NCBI GenBank assembly: GCA_002104905.1
Contig: MCFE01000351.1
Location: 24,611-88,610 of the forward strand
Direction of reading: 5' to 3'
Source of the DNA: Basidiobolus meristosporus CBS 931.73
Lineage: Eukaryota > Fungi > Basidiobolomycota
Length of the DNA stretch: 64,000 nucleotides
In this document: positions 1-14,473 of the stretch, one piece after another
Position numbering within the stretch: the stretch's first letter is position 1
Layout of the letters: every line of letters begins with the position of its first letter
The notes under the pieces: generated by a model
Told to the model about the DNA's origin: nothing
What the model saw: only the letters and a program-made list of their open reading frames with translations
Database searches by the model: none
Translations under genes and position numbers: made by a program

Positions 1-1500
1 CTATCTCCTGTGTCAATGGCATGATCTGCTTCTCTGACTGGTGGTAGGCTTACAGGCTCATCTAGAAATACGCCTGAGTATTCCTTCAGAAGAGTCTGGA
101 CCTTCTGGAGTACTGGAGTAGATGAATCCTCCTGTAGTACTGCCATGAGGAATGTCTGGGTGCCTTTTCTTAGTGCTCTACAGAACTGTGTCTTGCTGAG
201 TTTACTTGTTTCACACACACTGGAATTGACCAAGTTAAAATCCAGTCTGGCAGGTAATAGCTCATAGGTCTTGTTGTCCTTCTGGATCTGAGTAGCATGG
301 GCTCTCCAGTTGATTGATGAATTACAACAAAGTAGCCAGGCTTTCCCAAGTACAAGGTCAAACTTGAAGTTCCCAAATATATAGGCCTGTAGATCTTCTT
401 TATAGTCATTGATCTTCATCCATACTAGCTGAGTACTACAGTTGATTTTGTGAGAGTTCCCATCATCTGTTGGGACTGAAGTTGACTAGGTGGGTTCCAA
501 GTTGATTCCAGCTTTCAAAGCAAATTGCTCTGAAATGTATTCATGTGATGCTCCTGATTCAATCATGATCCTGGCAGGTACTCCATTGATTAATCCATTC
601 AGGTATAATAGCCTTCCTGAGTTTGAGGTCATCTAAGATGTGTGTTCTTCTGTTATATGGAAGGTGAGTTATGAGTCTTCTTCAAGTCCATCCTCCATGT
701 TAATATGCTCCAGGGCTTCAATATGGTTAAAGGTTCTTGATGGCTGGTGTCAATTTCCTCTCTGAGGGAATTACTCTGCAATGTGTCCCTGCTGGTGGCA
801 CTTTAAGCAAAGTCCTTTCTTCTTACATTGTTCTGAGGTAGGATTCTTCTTCAAAGTGTCTATTTCCATTAGCACTGCTCCTGATTGTCTTCTTTCATAC
901 TAATTGTAGCCCCTCTGACTAGTCATAGTGGGCTTTCCAACTACAAACATAGCTGAGTCATAGTCAACAGCAATCTTGAAGGCTTCTTCAATAGTCTGAG
1001 GTCTTTGATAACTCACTTCCTTACAAATTCTTTCTTTCAACCCATCAATAAAGTATTCAACTTGATCCAGAGGGTCCATTCTTTCAATTTGTCCAAGTAG
1101 ACATCTATATTCATAGATGTACTCTTTTACTGTCTTACTGTCTGAGTGTCTTCAGCTTTCTTCTTAGTAGTGTCTGTTGGTGTGCAGCCTCAAAGGTATC
1201 ATGAATTTCCAACACAAACCCATTGCAGGTAGAAATTGTGGAGCATCCCATCATGGTGGCTGACCTGATTTTGTTGTGGTACCACTGTAAAGCTGCATCT
1301 GCCAGGTAAGTGGCTGCATAATGTAACATGCCTTCTGGAGCAATTTCCTTAGCCTCAAAAGCTTCTTCAATCTGGAAGAGCCAAGTTCCCAGGTTTTCAT
1401 TGACTCTACCATGGTACCAATTGATCTTCACATTAAAGTAGCTCTTGACAGGGTTTTGCTTGCTTTGGGCCATGGTAGTCATTCCTTATTGCTGCTGGCT
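1..1500 (-). mobile_element. Ty3/gypsy LTR retrotransposon family A, decayed gag-protease region
   Basis: ORF 1135-1482 resembles retrotransposon gag (WLFQIEEAFEAKEI..AATYLADAALQWY). Further left on the minus strand are a degenerate CCHC knuckle (CLKCHQQGH) and a protease-like segment (IMIESGASHEYIS), with many stops. Confidence 0.85.
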
Positions 1501-1609
1501 AAGTATCTGGAGTAACTGTTGCTACTGGGCCAGGATTTGCTGCATTCCATTCTTTCATTCTTGATTTCTGGACATCTTGAGTGAGGCTTCTGGTTATTGC
1601 TGCTACCAA

Positions 1610-1978
1610 TGTTACAAGTCTTGGTATAGGAGTTATAGAGGAATAGGGAGTTTAGCTTGTATTGTATTTACTAAAACCTGAACTGATTCTCATTGGAGTT
1701 CAGGCAGCTCATTATATACATTTTGCCAGATCAATTACTGACTAATTGCATTCTCTAATGTAGGCTGTGGCTGATGACTCATTTGACTGCATCATCATCA
1801 CACAATAAGATCCTACTTAATGTATCTATTTCTGTCTGATAAGGATCTGCTGATTCATTTGCTAACTAATGCTACTGATTTGATAGACAATACTGATATA
1901 TTGATAAGCTAAACATATAACTAAATGATTTGACTAAAAACTGATCTTACTTAAAAATTCAAGCGGCAGATCATAGCA
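1610..1978 (-). repeat. 5' LTR of gypsy family A (LTR-A, 369 bp)
   Basis: Minus strand reads TGCTATGATC...CTTGTAACA, followed by PBS-like TTGGTAGCAGC and then gag. Homologous copies lie at 4856, 7639 and 15075. Confidence 0.85.
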
Positions 1979-2189
1979 ATGTATTGTTGAGATGCAAAAC
2001 TTTGATTGAGTTTTTTGCAAAATCTGGGGTGCAATTATTTTTGATGGTCTCTGAAAAGTGTCCTGATGGGATCAGTACCTCTTAATCATGTGACTTTAAA
2101 TTTGTGATGGCCTTTTGATAGGATTATCACAATTTTTTCTATAGGGCTTCTTGTCAAAATCATTTCAGGATACAACTTAGCACATGTAT

Positions 2190-3760
2190 GGTACATATAG
2201 ACCACTGTCATGTGGCTACAACGTTTGACCCAAATACTGTCCAGATACCAGCATATGTTTATATTAGCATGGCATTGATGTCAAAAAATGCCACTAATTC
2301 AAGGTGTCTAACTTGTCAAGAATCCACCACAATTGGGGGAAAACATTTTTCACACTCTGGATATATTCTTGTAATACCCTATCCACCACCATTGGAGGAA
2401 AACATCATTCACACTTCAAATATAATCTATTAATACCCTGTCTAAAGAAGCTCATGCAGTCCTGCAGACATTAGGACGCTGTAAAGCACTGCACTCAGTA
2501 TTAATCAAGCTCAAACATCTTGTATATATATGATGGCAAATATAGCAAACAACCAGAAACAGGGGCTACTTTGAAGGTATGTATGACTAAGCATATGCCT
2601 TGGCACCTGATGAATTCTCATCAAACAGGCACTCTGTCAGCAAATCCTACTGGCCACTAATGCTCATCAACCTGAATCTGCCACCTGTCTTGCAGTATTT
2701 GAGCAGAAATCTGATGGGAGTCGCACTGATATCTGGGCCTGTATCACTGTACAGCCTCAATGGCCACCTGTTTCCATTGCTGGTTGAGCTTTGTATGCTT
2801 TCCAGCAGGATACTACTAAATGGACATTATATCAAAATGCATATTTTTATCTGCATTGGAGATACCCCATTCATTAGCAAGATAACCAGCTTTCCTTGGC
2901 ACATATGATGGTATTGCTGTCAAATGTGTGAGATCCAGGGGACCTACTCCATAACTCACACATATTATTACCCAAACACCAACACTAGGAGCATCATCTT
3001 CCCTCAAAGAGAATATACAGAAGTCAGTATGCAATTGCAGCAAAGTTAGCAAGCTATTAGCCATTGTCCAGGATATGGAATCAATTGAAAACCAGATTTA
3101 CTTAAGATAGAGGGTATATGTTGTAGCAAAAGCTTTCCACCAAGAGCAATTCATTTGCTTTTCAACAATATCCCTGTACTGATGACCAAGTTGTACATGA
3201 GCATTTCAAGCAAATGAGCGCTTTGAGTTGCCAGAGAAATTTGCAAGAATTGGCAAGATATTACAGAGTATCTGCTACCCTAAATACTTCTCACAGGCCT
3301 CAATCAATGTTCACCTGCATATGTGACAATACAAGTGCAAGTCCTGGTTGAGCTGGATATATATTTATTCAAGTGGCCTTCAGAAGCCATTTCTACCAAG
3401 AGTACACTGGAAGCATTGGGAGTCATATGTGGACATAGTAGGAATATTTATCCAGAAGTAGATCACCAATGCCTACTTGACACATCTACAGCTTTTGTGC
3501 AAAGAGTTTGTGATGGGATTTGAGTGGCTACACTACAAACATAAAGCTACACATTTAGATCTCTGCCTCTACTGTATCCATTTGCTGCTCCATCTTGCTT
3601 GGTATGATTTCATCACACCATTCATGGTAGCAGAGGTCCTAGAAGCCTTCATTCCCAGCTGACAGCAATCAAGAACCACTCTGTTAAGGGTATGAATGAC
3701 TTAGTGCATGCTTGGAATACTAGGTTCAAAAGTTCTAATAGACTTCTGTTGCAATTTAAG
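2190..3760 (+). mobile_element. CACTA/En-Spm (CMC) Tnp2/Transposase_21-like transposase relic
   Basis: ORF 2600-2908 has SYWPLMLINLNLPP..LISGP..LFPLLVEL and CIGDTPFISK. Downstream is DUF4218-like HLLLHLAW. Many stops and frameshifts. Confidence 0.75.
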
Positions 3761-4085
3761 AAGTGATCTGGATATAAGGAACTTATCAAGATATAGTGAT
3801 CATAGTTGAGCAGCTGTTTATTCATAAAGAGGATCAGTATTTATACCTTTGTAGAAGTAATACAGCTGTAACACTAAGTAAGGAGGGTTTCTTAACATTA
3901 AGGAGTATTCTGTAACAGTTTCAGGGTTAGTGCATTATGCTTGGTAAAAAATGTTAATTTATCTTCACTATAGGTTAATAATCATTGCATCATAGATGTG
4001 AGGAAACTGGCAATGTTGGGGCTGCAAGTAAGCTCTACAGTGACCAAGATTAGCCCAGAATGTTAAGTAAATTTTTGGCTGCTAA

Positions 4086-4690
4086 ATGATACCCAATAGT
4101 CTAATATTTCAACAGCTTCCATATCTCAGAATGTTCAGCTACAGATTGCATATCAAGAGTGTTTTAGATACCTTGCCAGTCAGAACTAACAGACCTTATA
4201 GAGGGCAGAGGGACTTTCATTCTGGCAAACACAAGGCCCACTGTGTAAAGTTTCAAGCACTGGCTTACAATGAGGGTAAAACCATTGCTTTAGTGGGCCA
4301 CTTGCTGGAAATAGGTATTACAAAGCACTCTGGGTAGATAAATATCCCAATGTAACTAGAGGGGAGAAATGTAAGGCAGACTTAGCTTGTATAAGAGAGG
4401 ATTGCCTGATATTAGGATACTCTAGAGCTCAAAGGCAGCCAAGGAATGGAGTGCTTAGCAGGAAGCAGAAGCTCTACAATGCAATATTAAATCTCTTCAG
4501 AGTGCAACTAGAACATACAACTGGATATCTAAAGTGGCTCAGTATATTTGCAGGTAAATACAGAAGAAATTCATATATAGGAGAAAACAGCAAAATAGGT
4601 AAAATAGTTGAGATGCTTACTAATGCAAAGTTTATTTGTACAAGACAACATCCACTGGGAGAAATGTGTCTGCAGCATTATGAAGAGTAA
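4086..4690 (+). mobile_element. PIF/Harbinger-superfamily (DDE_Tnp_4-like) transposase relic
   Basis: QRDFHSGKHKAHCVKFQAL matches the Q..ysg.kk.H..K.Q motif. QKLYNAILNLFRVQLEHTTGYLKWLSIFAGKYR matches the yN..l...Rv.vEh..G.LK motif. Confidence 0.7.
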
Positions 4691-4855
4691 ATAAAGCTAG
4701 AAATGCACTATCCTGCACAACATAAGTATGATTGAGTGAAATTACCAGTAACAATATTCTACCACTGGCATTATGTTAATTATTAGAGTGCCAGATGATG
4801 CCATCAATTGCCATATTGATGTGGCACTATCCAATGAAGCAATTCTAGCTTATAC

Positions 4856-5224
4856 CATTATGATATGTCGCTTTAATGCTTAAGTTAGATCAGTTTTTAG
4901 TCAAATCAATTAATTATATGTTTAGCTTATCAGAATATTGGTATTATCTATCAAATCAGTAGCATCAGTCAGCAAATGAATCCACAGATCCTTATTGGAC
5001 AGAAACAGACATATTAGGTAGGATCTTATTGTGTGATGATGATGCAGTCAAATGAGTCATCAGGCATAGCCTACATTGGGAGATATAATTAGTCAGCAAT
5101 TGATCTGGCAAAATGTATATAAGGAGCTGCTGGAATCTCAATAAAGATCAGTTCAAGTTTTAATCAATACAATAAAAGCTAAACTCTCTATTCCTCTACA
5201 ACTCCTATACCAAGACTTGTAATA
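4856..5224 (+). repeat. Solo LTR-A with 4-bp TSD ATAC
   Basis: Reverse-complement homolog of 1610-1978. ATAC lies at 4852-4855 and 5225-5228; the terminal dinucleotides are mutated. Confidence 0.8.
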
Positions 5225-5319
5225 ATACTATATGAGAAATAACTATGCTGATCCCTTCAAAAGGCCGTTTAAAACTCTAACCCCCATGAATAAGAGGTAT
5301 TGATCCAGACAGGATACCA

Positions 5320-6300
5320 CACAATGACCATCAGTTCAGTCATTGCACCCCATATTTCACAAAAAACTTGGTCAAAATCTTCAATGACAACAATACAAAA
5401 GTGGCATTTAACTGGCTCACTGCCAGTTTCTTGCTTTACAATCCCAGACACTCTATCACCTCTTACAATTGCGCACATTGATTAGCTTTTATCTCTTTTT
5501 CACACTCCTTACTTCCTAGCTCAACTGTTTCTCTTACTTTTCACGCATCAATTTAGATTTATTTCTGTTGAAACTTCAGTTGTTCCTAAATTGCCAATTG
5601 TACTGCTCTATACAAGTCTCTATACCCTACACTAGCATTAAGCTCAACCATACACTCAACAAGTAACTGCATTAAAATTCACTATTCAACAAGTATTTCT
5701 GCTACAATGCTCTGTTTACATGACTTTTGCAAGCTCCCTACAGCTTAATGCCACTGTTCATTCTTGGGTTCCCATCTGTCCTGGTCTTTGGCCAGTACTG
5801 CAAGGTCTAGCATCTCATCTGCCAGTCTTTGCAATAAGTCCTTCTGATATTCAAGTGCATTTTCTTGAGCATTGCTATTGAAGAAGTGCTGCAACCTCTT
5901 GGTGTGCCTATTAGTGTTCAAAAATTCCCCCAAAGGCATTGTGCTAATCATTCAAGTTCATGATGTTGTTGCTTGGTCTGTTAGTGGGATTGTCACTCTC
6001 TCAACAATTAATGACATAGAGCCTATGGTAGGCAAGTTCCCTTTCCTGGCAAACACATCTTCCTCACTGGAGTGTAGCTCAACTAGCTGCACTTCTCTGG
6101 CTTTGGTTGACTTTTGTCCCTTTGCCTTTCTGTTTATCACTGCTAGGTCTTTCACTGCTACTTTGTCCAAGTTCATCTTGCAATACACTTCACTTTCTCC
6201 GTGATAAATGCGGTGCTGATGCATCTGTTTTGGCTTGCTTTTCCCTTGCTAGCTCTCAACAGGCAACCTAATTCTTCTTTCCTGCTTATTTTGAGCTCTC
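5320..6300 (-). mobile_element. CACTA-associated accessory ORF (ORF-X) plus conserved spacer, fragment
   Basis: ORFs 5958-6224 and 5745-5951 (RHTKRLQHFFNSNAQEN..LLQRLADE) recur at about 25.5k and 29.2k, next to the same non-coding spacer. Confidence 0.6.
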
Positions 6301-7638
6301 AGCTCAGGTTGTAATGAGTTCCTGAGGCAGCCACTGTTTTTATCTCTGTCAGATCCATCACTACTGCTTTGACCAAGCTCCTGCAGTTGAGATGATTCCA
6401 GTAGGTCTTTGTTAGTCAGTTCTCAAGGAGTGACTTGCTGATGTTCAGGTATGACAGCTTATGCAGGCACAACTTGACACATTAGCTTGACCCTTGGCTG
6501 AGCATAATGTAATGCTATGTGTAAATGCATCTTGGCCTGCTCCAGTGGACTTGTATCTAATTGAGCACTTTAATAACTTCAAGTATACCTGCTCTAAACC
6601 ACATGCACTGACCCATTACATTTTAACTTGGTGTGTTACACCCTGGTCAGTAATGTTGGTGTAGATTGTACTGAAGTGTGCCACAATCCTGTCATTGCAG
6701 GGCCAGTAGGGAATCAAGCAAGGTGCACAGGTACAACTGTGACACAGTTGCCTACAGCTTATATTCTTTCTCTTGAATGCTGACCTTCCGATTCCTCACA
6801 GTTCTCAATTACCCCTTAGTTGATACTTTTGTGCTGCTGGCTTATCAGTCTTCTGCCAATTACTCTTGAATGGTACCTGACTCTAATGCTATATTACACA
6901 GTACATTTGTCATTTAGGGCAAAAACTCATTTAAAATCTCCTTGGTTCCCAAAATTGAAGCACACAGATGGATCTGGTGTGTCCTGTGCAAACTATGTGT
7001 GGTATTGTTTGCCTGTAGCTTCATCATCAAGTCCCCTCACTCTTAGCTCATTACTGCTCCTACTATTTGTTGTGTATTATGTCATCCTACAAATATTTAC
7101 TGGCATGTTGATGTAGAACTCATCCAGCAGCATTCTACTGCAATTCTTCCATCTCAGTCAGCTCTGTGAGGTATCCAGCTCTGTTGATTAACTAGTAGTG
7201 CCCAGTACTATGTAGGATGGTTCATCAAGGACACTTAGACTATATTACAAGCATTTAGCAAATACATGAGCAGATCCAGCATTGACTCTTTTGGTCAGCA
7301 TCATGCTTATGAGCAAGGTGATGAATCTTGTCTGGGCAGGACTAAACATGAGTTGATACTTAGTATAGGGACTATACAAGTATATCTGATATGAAAACTC
7401 TTGTGATTGTTTTATTTCCATATATTTTGCATGATGCATTATTGACTGCATTGTCACAGCTTAGATTACATCAGTCCCAGATGTTTATCTGATCATAGAT
7501 TTTTGGGCAATTGATCAATAAAGTCATAAAGCTATTGTTTGTGAATGATTTTGCAATGCAACAATAGGATATATGATAAAAGGCCTAGATATATTGATAA
7601 TACATGGCAAATTGGATAAATTAACCTGATGGTGCCAA

Positions 7639-7962
7639 TGCTATGATCTACTGCTCAAATATTCAGATTAGATCAGTTTTTAGTCAAGTCCAGTGTTTAT
7701 GCATATTCTATCAGTGTCATCTATTAAATCTGTGGCTTTAGTCAGCAGATTCTTATCATACAGAAGTAGATATATGAAGCAGTAGCTAATAATGTAGCCA
7801 GTTGCAACCTATGTTAGGAAACATAATTAGTAAGCAATTGATCTGGAAAAATGTATATAAGGAACTGCTGAAACCCCAATAAAAATTGCTTCAAGTTTTA
7901 GTGACTACAATACTAGATGAACTCACTATTCCTCTACAACTCTTATATCAAGACTTGTAACA
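7639..7962 (+). repeat. Solo LTR-A with 4-bp TSD CCAA
   Basis: TGCTATGATC...CTTGTAACA flanked by CCAA on both sides. Confidence 0.85.
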
Positions 7963-9779
7963 CCAATCTATACAACCCACTCTGCCATAATCATTTTCCA
8001 ATCTCAATATGTCTTGCTCTTCTGAATGGCACCTTGTTATCAATCTCATGACAACCACTAAATTCCCTGTTCAAACTTTTGAGGATATCTGTATCAAGTA
8101 GTGTGGACTATTTGTCCCAATCTACTCCAGGAGATCCCTTGTTCAGCTTCTCTACTATTAGACAAGCTAATGCCCTACCAAGTGTCATCCCACTGTTTAT
8201 GGCAATAGAAGTCCTGGAAGCTTTCATTGATGGATGACAGTAATGGAGAAACACCTTGCAGAGGGTGTAAATGACTTAGATCAGGCTTAAAATACTAGGT
8301 TAAGAAGCTCCAGTAGACCTCCATATGCACCAGTGTTCTGGAACAAGTACTATAGCAAGAGCTTTTGATATGTTTCAAGTGCTAATTAACACACTCTCTA
8401 GGGGTTAGAGGCACTTTTGTTTAACCAAATATTAGGCTCACAGTATGAAGGTATAAGAACTATCTGATATTAATGGCAAAATCTTCTGGCTTAGTGGTCT
8501 TGTCTAGAGTACTTTCAAGTGTGAATAAGGCAAGAAAGCACTTTTGTGAATAATTTAAGCCAGATTGAGTAAATTACCAGTAACTGCAAGCTAACACTGC
8601 AATCTTGGTAGAAGCCAGGTTGCCAGATAATGCCATACACTGCTGTATCAATCTGTCACTATAATCAGGCCAGCCTGTGTGGCACTGTCCAATGAAACAA
8701 GTCCAATATGGATGGCTACTGGAGCTTCCAAATCTTGTTTCAGGAGTGCTCATGATGCCTGAGTCTGTTGCTGGATACCAAACTTATACATATTCATAAG
8801 AGCTTCCAGACTTTATCTCCAAAGGTAAATCCAAGTAATTTATACACTCTGAAAGGTGAATCTTCAATGCTATCAGTCAGAGATGATGAGATGAAATCAT
8901 ATTGCACAATATAGCACATGATAGTAGGGAATATTAAAAGGAGATCTCTCTAAATTAGCTGGTACAGCTAATCCACAGTACTGGAAGCATCTCAGCTCTA
9001 ATGTTACAAAAGGAATTGCAGTGGTAATGATGTGATCAATGAAAAAAGACTACTCAGATAAGAAGCCCATATCAAGATTGGTAAGTATTCATGTATGCAA
9101 CAAGATAAATCAGCTGGGCATTGTCAGCTGGAAGTACATGGTTTTTAAGTTACATAACTAAACTGTCATCAGTATCTATATGTTCCATTATTATGTTGTG
9201 TTAGTTATTCAGGTGTAGACAAAGTATAAGTGGATATCTCAAAGAGTTGTAAGGTGAGCTTCATAAGCAAGATTAATGACCACAGGCAACTACTTTGCAA
9301 TTATACAAGTTTTCCTCACCAAAGTACTAACTAAACCTTGCTTCATGACACATGACAGCTAGTTTGAAGCATCCTCTTTACAGTAGCACTGCACCCCAAG
9401 ACTACAGGGTAGCATTGTGCAAAGTTAACAATGGACACAAGTCCTCTGGAGCAAACCTTTGGTTACATTCACCTATGGTATTGCGTGAGACCCAGCTAAG
9501 AGCCAGGTCCATGCACTAAGTTGTACATACATCTGCTGTAGCATCTACCCTTGAGCAAGTTACACTTGGTGTGCTATCAAATTAAGAATCATTCAAGGTA
9601 TCTCAGCCACTGCTGCCAATGGCATATGGCAGTACACTTTGACATGCAGCACTCCAGGAATGGTCAACCACATCATTCTGGCGCTAAGACCTCATCAGGA
9701 GACTGCTATAATTCCAGCAGCTCTGAGTTTATCACCATCTACACAATCTGGTGAGGAGATTACAACAGTGTTTTGCTTA

Positions 9780-11270
9780 CTTTACAGCCAAATATAGTTG
9801 ATAAAATATAATTTTGTTTATACAGTCTTTTGCCAAGGGTGGCATGATATTGCTACAGTCTTAATGCGCTTTACAACTATACAAGATGATCTTACTGTCT
9901 AGTACATACTGTTGTCTAATATGTCAACAAACTTGCTGGTATTTGAAGGCCTCTTTGCAAGGCTCCAATGGCATTATCATGGCAGTATGTTGCACTACAG
10001 CTGGTTCTGTGTTATGCTACTGTACCAATTTACCAAATAGTAATTTCTTTTTCTACCTCCCCTTGTGTAGTTTATATATTCCACCATAGAATCACCCATC
10101 TTGATTTGCTTACCCACCACTACCTTTGGTATTCCAAATATAGTTTGAATCAAAAAATACTATGGCCTCCTGCTTACTAACCTTTACAAATGTGTACACC
10201 TGCCATAATTGACATACTTCCAATACCTTGACTTTAAAGCTTTTTAGTGCAATGCTTGCATACTTACTGTGTACCTTGTACTGCTGGTAACATATACATC
10301 TTGCAAGCATATGCTTAGTAGCTACCACTTCTGCCATGAACACCTCCTGAATATCCGCATAGAGCTTTTGGGTATTTAGCCAATATATTTCTTCTCCCTG
10401 CTGGATTTTAGTCCCTCTTATAGGTGCATTCTGGCTTTTGTTTGTGAAAATCCCATTTCAAATGGTGTGTAAATTGACTTTTGACTAAGCAAAATTGCCT
10501 ACTTTTGTAGAGTTTTCCTATTGAAGTTTAGTTGCTTGTTACACCCAACCCAACTTTTCATTACTTGACTGAACACTTGCACATTGTGGCCACAAAGCTT
10601 CTTAATGCCATAGGCATTAATGTCCCCCCACACACCTGCCCCATAGGAAACTCACAAAAGGTGAAGTAAGGTTCACTATTCTCAACACACCAAGCAAGAT
10701 GGAGTAGTAAATTGATACAGTAGTGACAGTGATTAACGTATTCAGCTTTATGTTTGAAGTACAGCCACTTAAATCCCATCACACACTTGTTGCACAAAAG
10801 CTGTAGATATATCAGGTTGGCATTGATGATCTGCTTCTGAATAAATATTCCTACTATATCCACATATGACTCCCAAAGCTTCCAATCTACTCTTAGTAGA
10901 AATGGCTTCAGAAGGCCGCTTGAATAAATACCTATCCAGCTCATCAGTCCTTGCACTTGTTTTGTTGCATATGAGAATTAATGTAAATTGCAGCCTGTGA
11001 GAAGTACTTAGGTTAGCAGATACTCTATAATATCTGACCCATCCTCTCAGTTTTATCTAGTATGTCAAAGGGCTTATTTAGCTTGTGATGCACCCATTCA
11101 AAACTTGGTTATCAGTATAGGGATATTGTTGAGGAGCAAATGCATTACTCCCAGCAGAAAGCTTTGCTAGTGCAGATGCCCTCTATCTTGAGTATCTCTT
11201 GCCAAAGTCATGGAAACAGAGCGTTATAGCAGTATTACTTAATCAGTGATGGATTCTAATGGAGTTACTT
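9780..11270 (-). mobile_element. CACTA Tnp2/DUF4218 transposase relic
   Basis: ORFs 10561-10956 (NLLLHLAWCVENSEPYFTFCEFPMGQVCG) and 10110-10343 are homologous to the 30-32k copy. Confidence 0.75.
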
Positions 11271-11999
11271 GTTGGGTGAGTGGTTGGACTTGAGGTTACT
11301 GTGGCATAATAGGATTTATATAGGTCAATACAATTGGCAATTGAGGTACAACTGAAGTTTCAGTGGAAATAAATCAATTTGTATGCATGAAGAATCATAG
11401 AAACATTTGAGTCAGGTAGTAAGGAGTGTGAAAAAGAGGCAATAGCCAATCAATGTACACAAACATAGGAGGTGATTGACTGCCCAGGATCAACAAGTGC
11501 AAAAACTGGCAGAAAACCAATCAAAAGCCACCTTTGTTTTGTCATGATGAAAATTTTTGACCAAGTTTTTTATAATATCTGGGGTGCAACTATATTATGA
11601 TGGTCTTTGCACAATGTCCTAATCGAACCAATAGACTCTAGTCACAGGACATGGAATATGTGACACCCTTTTGATGGAATTATCACAACAATCTTTCATT
11701 GAGACTGATATTACTGATCTGATAGATAACACTGATATACTAATAGGCTAACCATAAAATTAATTGACTGGACTAAATACTGTTCTAACTTGATAATTGA
11801 GAAATATATCAGAACATTCTCTCCTACTGAAGTTGAAAGGGTTCTCCTGAATCTCTTTTTTTGTGATACCAATATATTGATGGTTCAGTAGTGTCAGTAA
11901 GTCTTGCAAGCTAGAGCCTGTCTCTATGAGCCAGATCTTCCTGGATATTCCCTTGTTTGTCCATAAATTGGTAATTTACAAATGGACATTCCCTGAAGA

Positions 12000-14055
12000 T
12001 CTTCAATGGCTGTAGCTGTGTGGCTCAAACTTCTTCCAAGTGTTTTCTCTCAGCAATACAAAGCTCCCAGCTGTCAATGCTTTTGCTGATATGGTTGTAT
12101 CAAATCTCTGCTTCACCATTTCTGCACTTTGGGATACTTTGGCCTGTGCCTCTTGATGTCTTTGTTCTTGCTGCTGGTATCTACTTGGCTGACTGAGTTC
12201 ATCTTCTGAGGCATCTGTAAGCTTTGGTTTTATGTGATCTCTTTAAATCCTTAGTTCACATCCATACACTAAGTAGAGTAGCAATTGTTGGGTGGTGTAT
12301 GCACTCTCACTCTGCATGCCAGAAGTGCTTGGTCTATATACTTCTCCCATCAACTGACAGCTCCATTTGCATACTTGGTGAGCATTTTCCAAATAATCCC
12401 TTCAACGGCTCAGTGACTGTATTTGTTCTTGGGTGATATGTCAAGGCTTTCAAGTGTTTGATTAGCTGCATATCCAGGTAAGTTTCCAATGTTGTTGTAA
12501 TTGAGTTTGCTCCTCTATAAGATGAAATTTGCAACTTTGTTTTTGCTGGCTACATATACAGCTTTGGCTACTGGCCATTTGGTGACATGGTCAATTACTA
12601 CTAGCCCTCAATGGTGCATTTTCTGGCAGATGGCAGTCTTTTGACAAAGTCAATTCCCTGTCTCAGATGGTCTTATAGGCACCAGGGGAATGATTTCAGC
12701 AATTCTCTGTGGCTGGCCTTGGTTGATTTGGCAATTTAGGCATGTTTTTACTAGCTTCTCACTATCTTGTTTCATTCTGGACCACCATGCTCTGCCTTTT
12801 GCAAGTCTATAGGCACTTTCAATTACACAATTATCCACATGCAGTGTGTAGCTTATGTATTAGATCCAGGCAAGCAACATAAGGGCAATAGGCAATAGAA
12901 CTTCCATCAACAATTTGGTAGAGTATTACTACAAGTTTGCTGGCTTCAAACTGGAGTATCTTGTTGATCACTTCATCCACATCATTAGGAATGGATTAGT
13001 CCTCCAAGTACTTTGGAAATAAGCTAAGCCAATCTGATTCATGAACTAAGTTGAGGTGTGCAACTTGTTCTATTCTTGATAAGGCATCAGTATGAGTGTT
13101 GCTCTTCCCAGGGCAGTAAACAATCTCCAATTTAAATTGCCGAATGTATTCACTCCATCTTGTTTTTTTCTGGATAGCACCTTCTGCACAATTATGTACT
13201 TGAGTAACGCATGATCAGTCTTCACAGAGTACCTGACTCCTGTAATATAGCATCTCCAGGTCATCAAGCAGTGCATAATTGCCAGAAGCTCCTATTCATG
13301 CACTGGAAATTCTGTTCTGCTGAATTCAGTTTCTTGAATCCAAAAGCCACTGGGAAGTCCTTTCCTTCATGTTCTTGACTTAGTACTCCACCAATTGCAT
13401 AATCTGAAGCAGCTGTGCACAGAGTAAACTCTTTTCTGGAGTCTGGTATTTCAATCTTGGCAGCTATACAGTAAATTCTGAGCATCTGAAAGGCAGTCTC
13501 ACAGGCTATATCGCACTTCAAGGTATTGTCCTTTGGGTAAATATCAGTCAAAGGGGCTGCATTACTTGCATAGAACTTCAAATATCTCCGGCAATAGAAA
13601 ACAACTCTCAGGAATGATGAGAGTTCTAATGTGCAATGGGGGTGCTTCAGATTCTTCATTGCTTCAACCTTTTTGTAGTATAAGGTTACTCCTGGCATGG
13701 GTTCCATGTGCCCCAGGGATTCAATGTGTTCCTTCAAGAATTCACACTTTACTAGCTTGCATATAGCCTGTTCTCTCTTATCTTCTTTAAGACCTTTTCA
13801 ATGTGCACCAAATGGTCCTCTGCTATCTTGCTGTATATCAATATGTCATTTATGTTGATTACCATAAACTGGTCCAGGTACTCCTAGCAAACAGTTTGCA
13901 CCAGGTGATGAATATTGCAGGGGCATTGGTCAGGATAAAACTGATGACCAGGTACTTGTAGTGTCTGTATCTGCTCCTGAATGCTGTCTCAGGGATGTCT
14001 TCAGGTTTTGCCTTGATCTTGTTGTATCCACATATTGGGTCAAGCTTGCTGAATC
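12000..14055 (-). mobile_element. Ty3/gypsy pol relic (RT, RNase H, integrase)
   Basis: RNase H-like ASDYAIGGVLSQ..PVAFGFKKLNSAEQN and KTDHALLKY; integrase-like WWSRMKQDSEKLVKTCLNCQ and YHPRTN. The order RT-RH-IN is gypsy-type. Confidence 0.85.
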
Positions 14056-14473
14056 TATCTTGGTCTACTGGTACTATCTAGCACTATATTTAAATAGTAA
14101 CCCTAAGTAAAACGCATACAAAGCACTTACCATGCCAGATAGTGCCAGTAAACCAAGATAGTGCCATACATTTTTGTGACATGATATAAGCCATAGGAGC
14201 TAGATTCAGAGTGCAATGGGTATTGAGTACCAGATGCATGTCTTCAGTCCTTCCATGCTATTACTTATCATGCACAACATTGATGCAAAAAACAGGTCAA
14301 AAAATGGACTTTCTCCAGCATGGTGGGTGAAACACAGGGGCTGCTTAGCACAAACATGAAGAAACATTTTTCACATTCTGTGGCCAAATTTAGGTATAGT
14401 ATGCCTCTCTGGCACAGAATGGCACTATTTGGCACTCATGGCCATATGTGGCACTATTCCACAGAACAAGTCC
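14056..14473. mobile_element. Partial palindromic MITE-like element (one full arm, spacer, stub of second arm)
   Basis: Homologous to 26593-27325; ends GAACAAGTCC followed by AAT. Confidence 0.7.

Noticed and set aside
8900-9780. Possible tyrosine-recombinase (DIRS/Ngaro) relic
   Set aside because: Could not find a convincing R..HxxR..Y arrangement in any frame.
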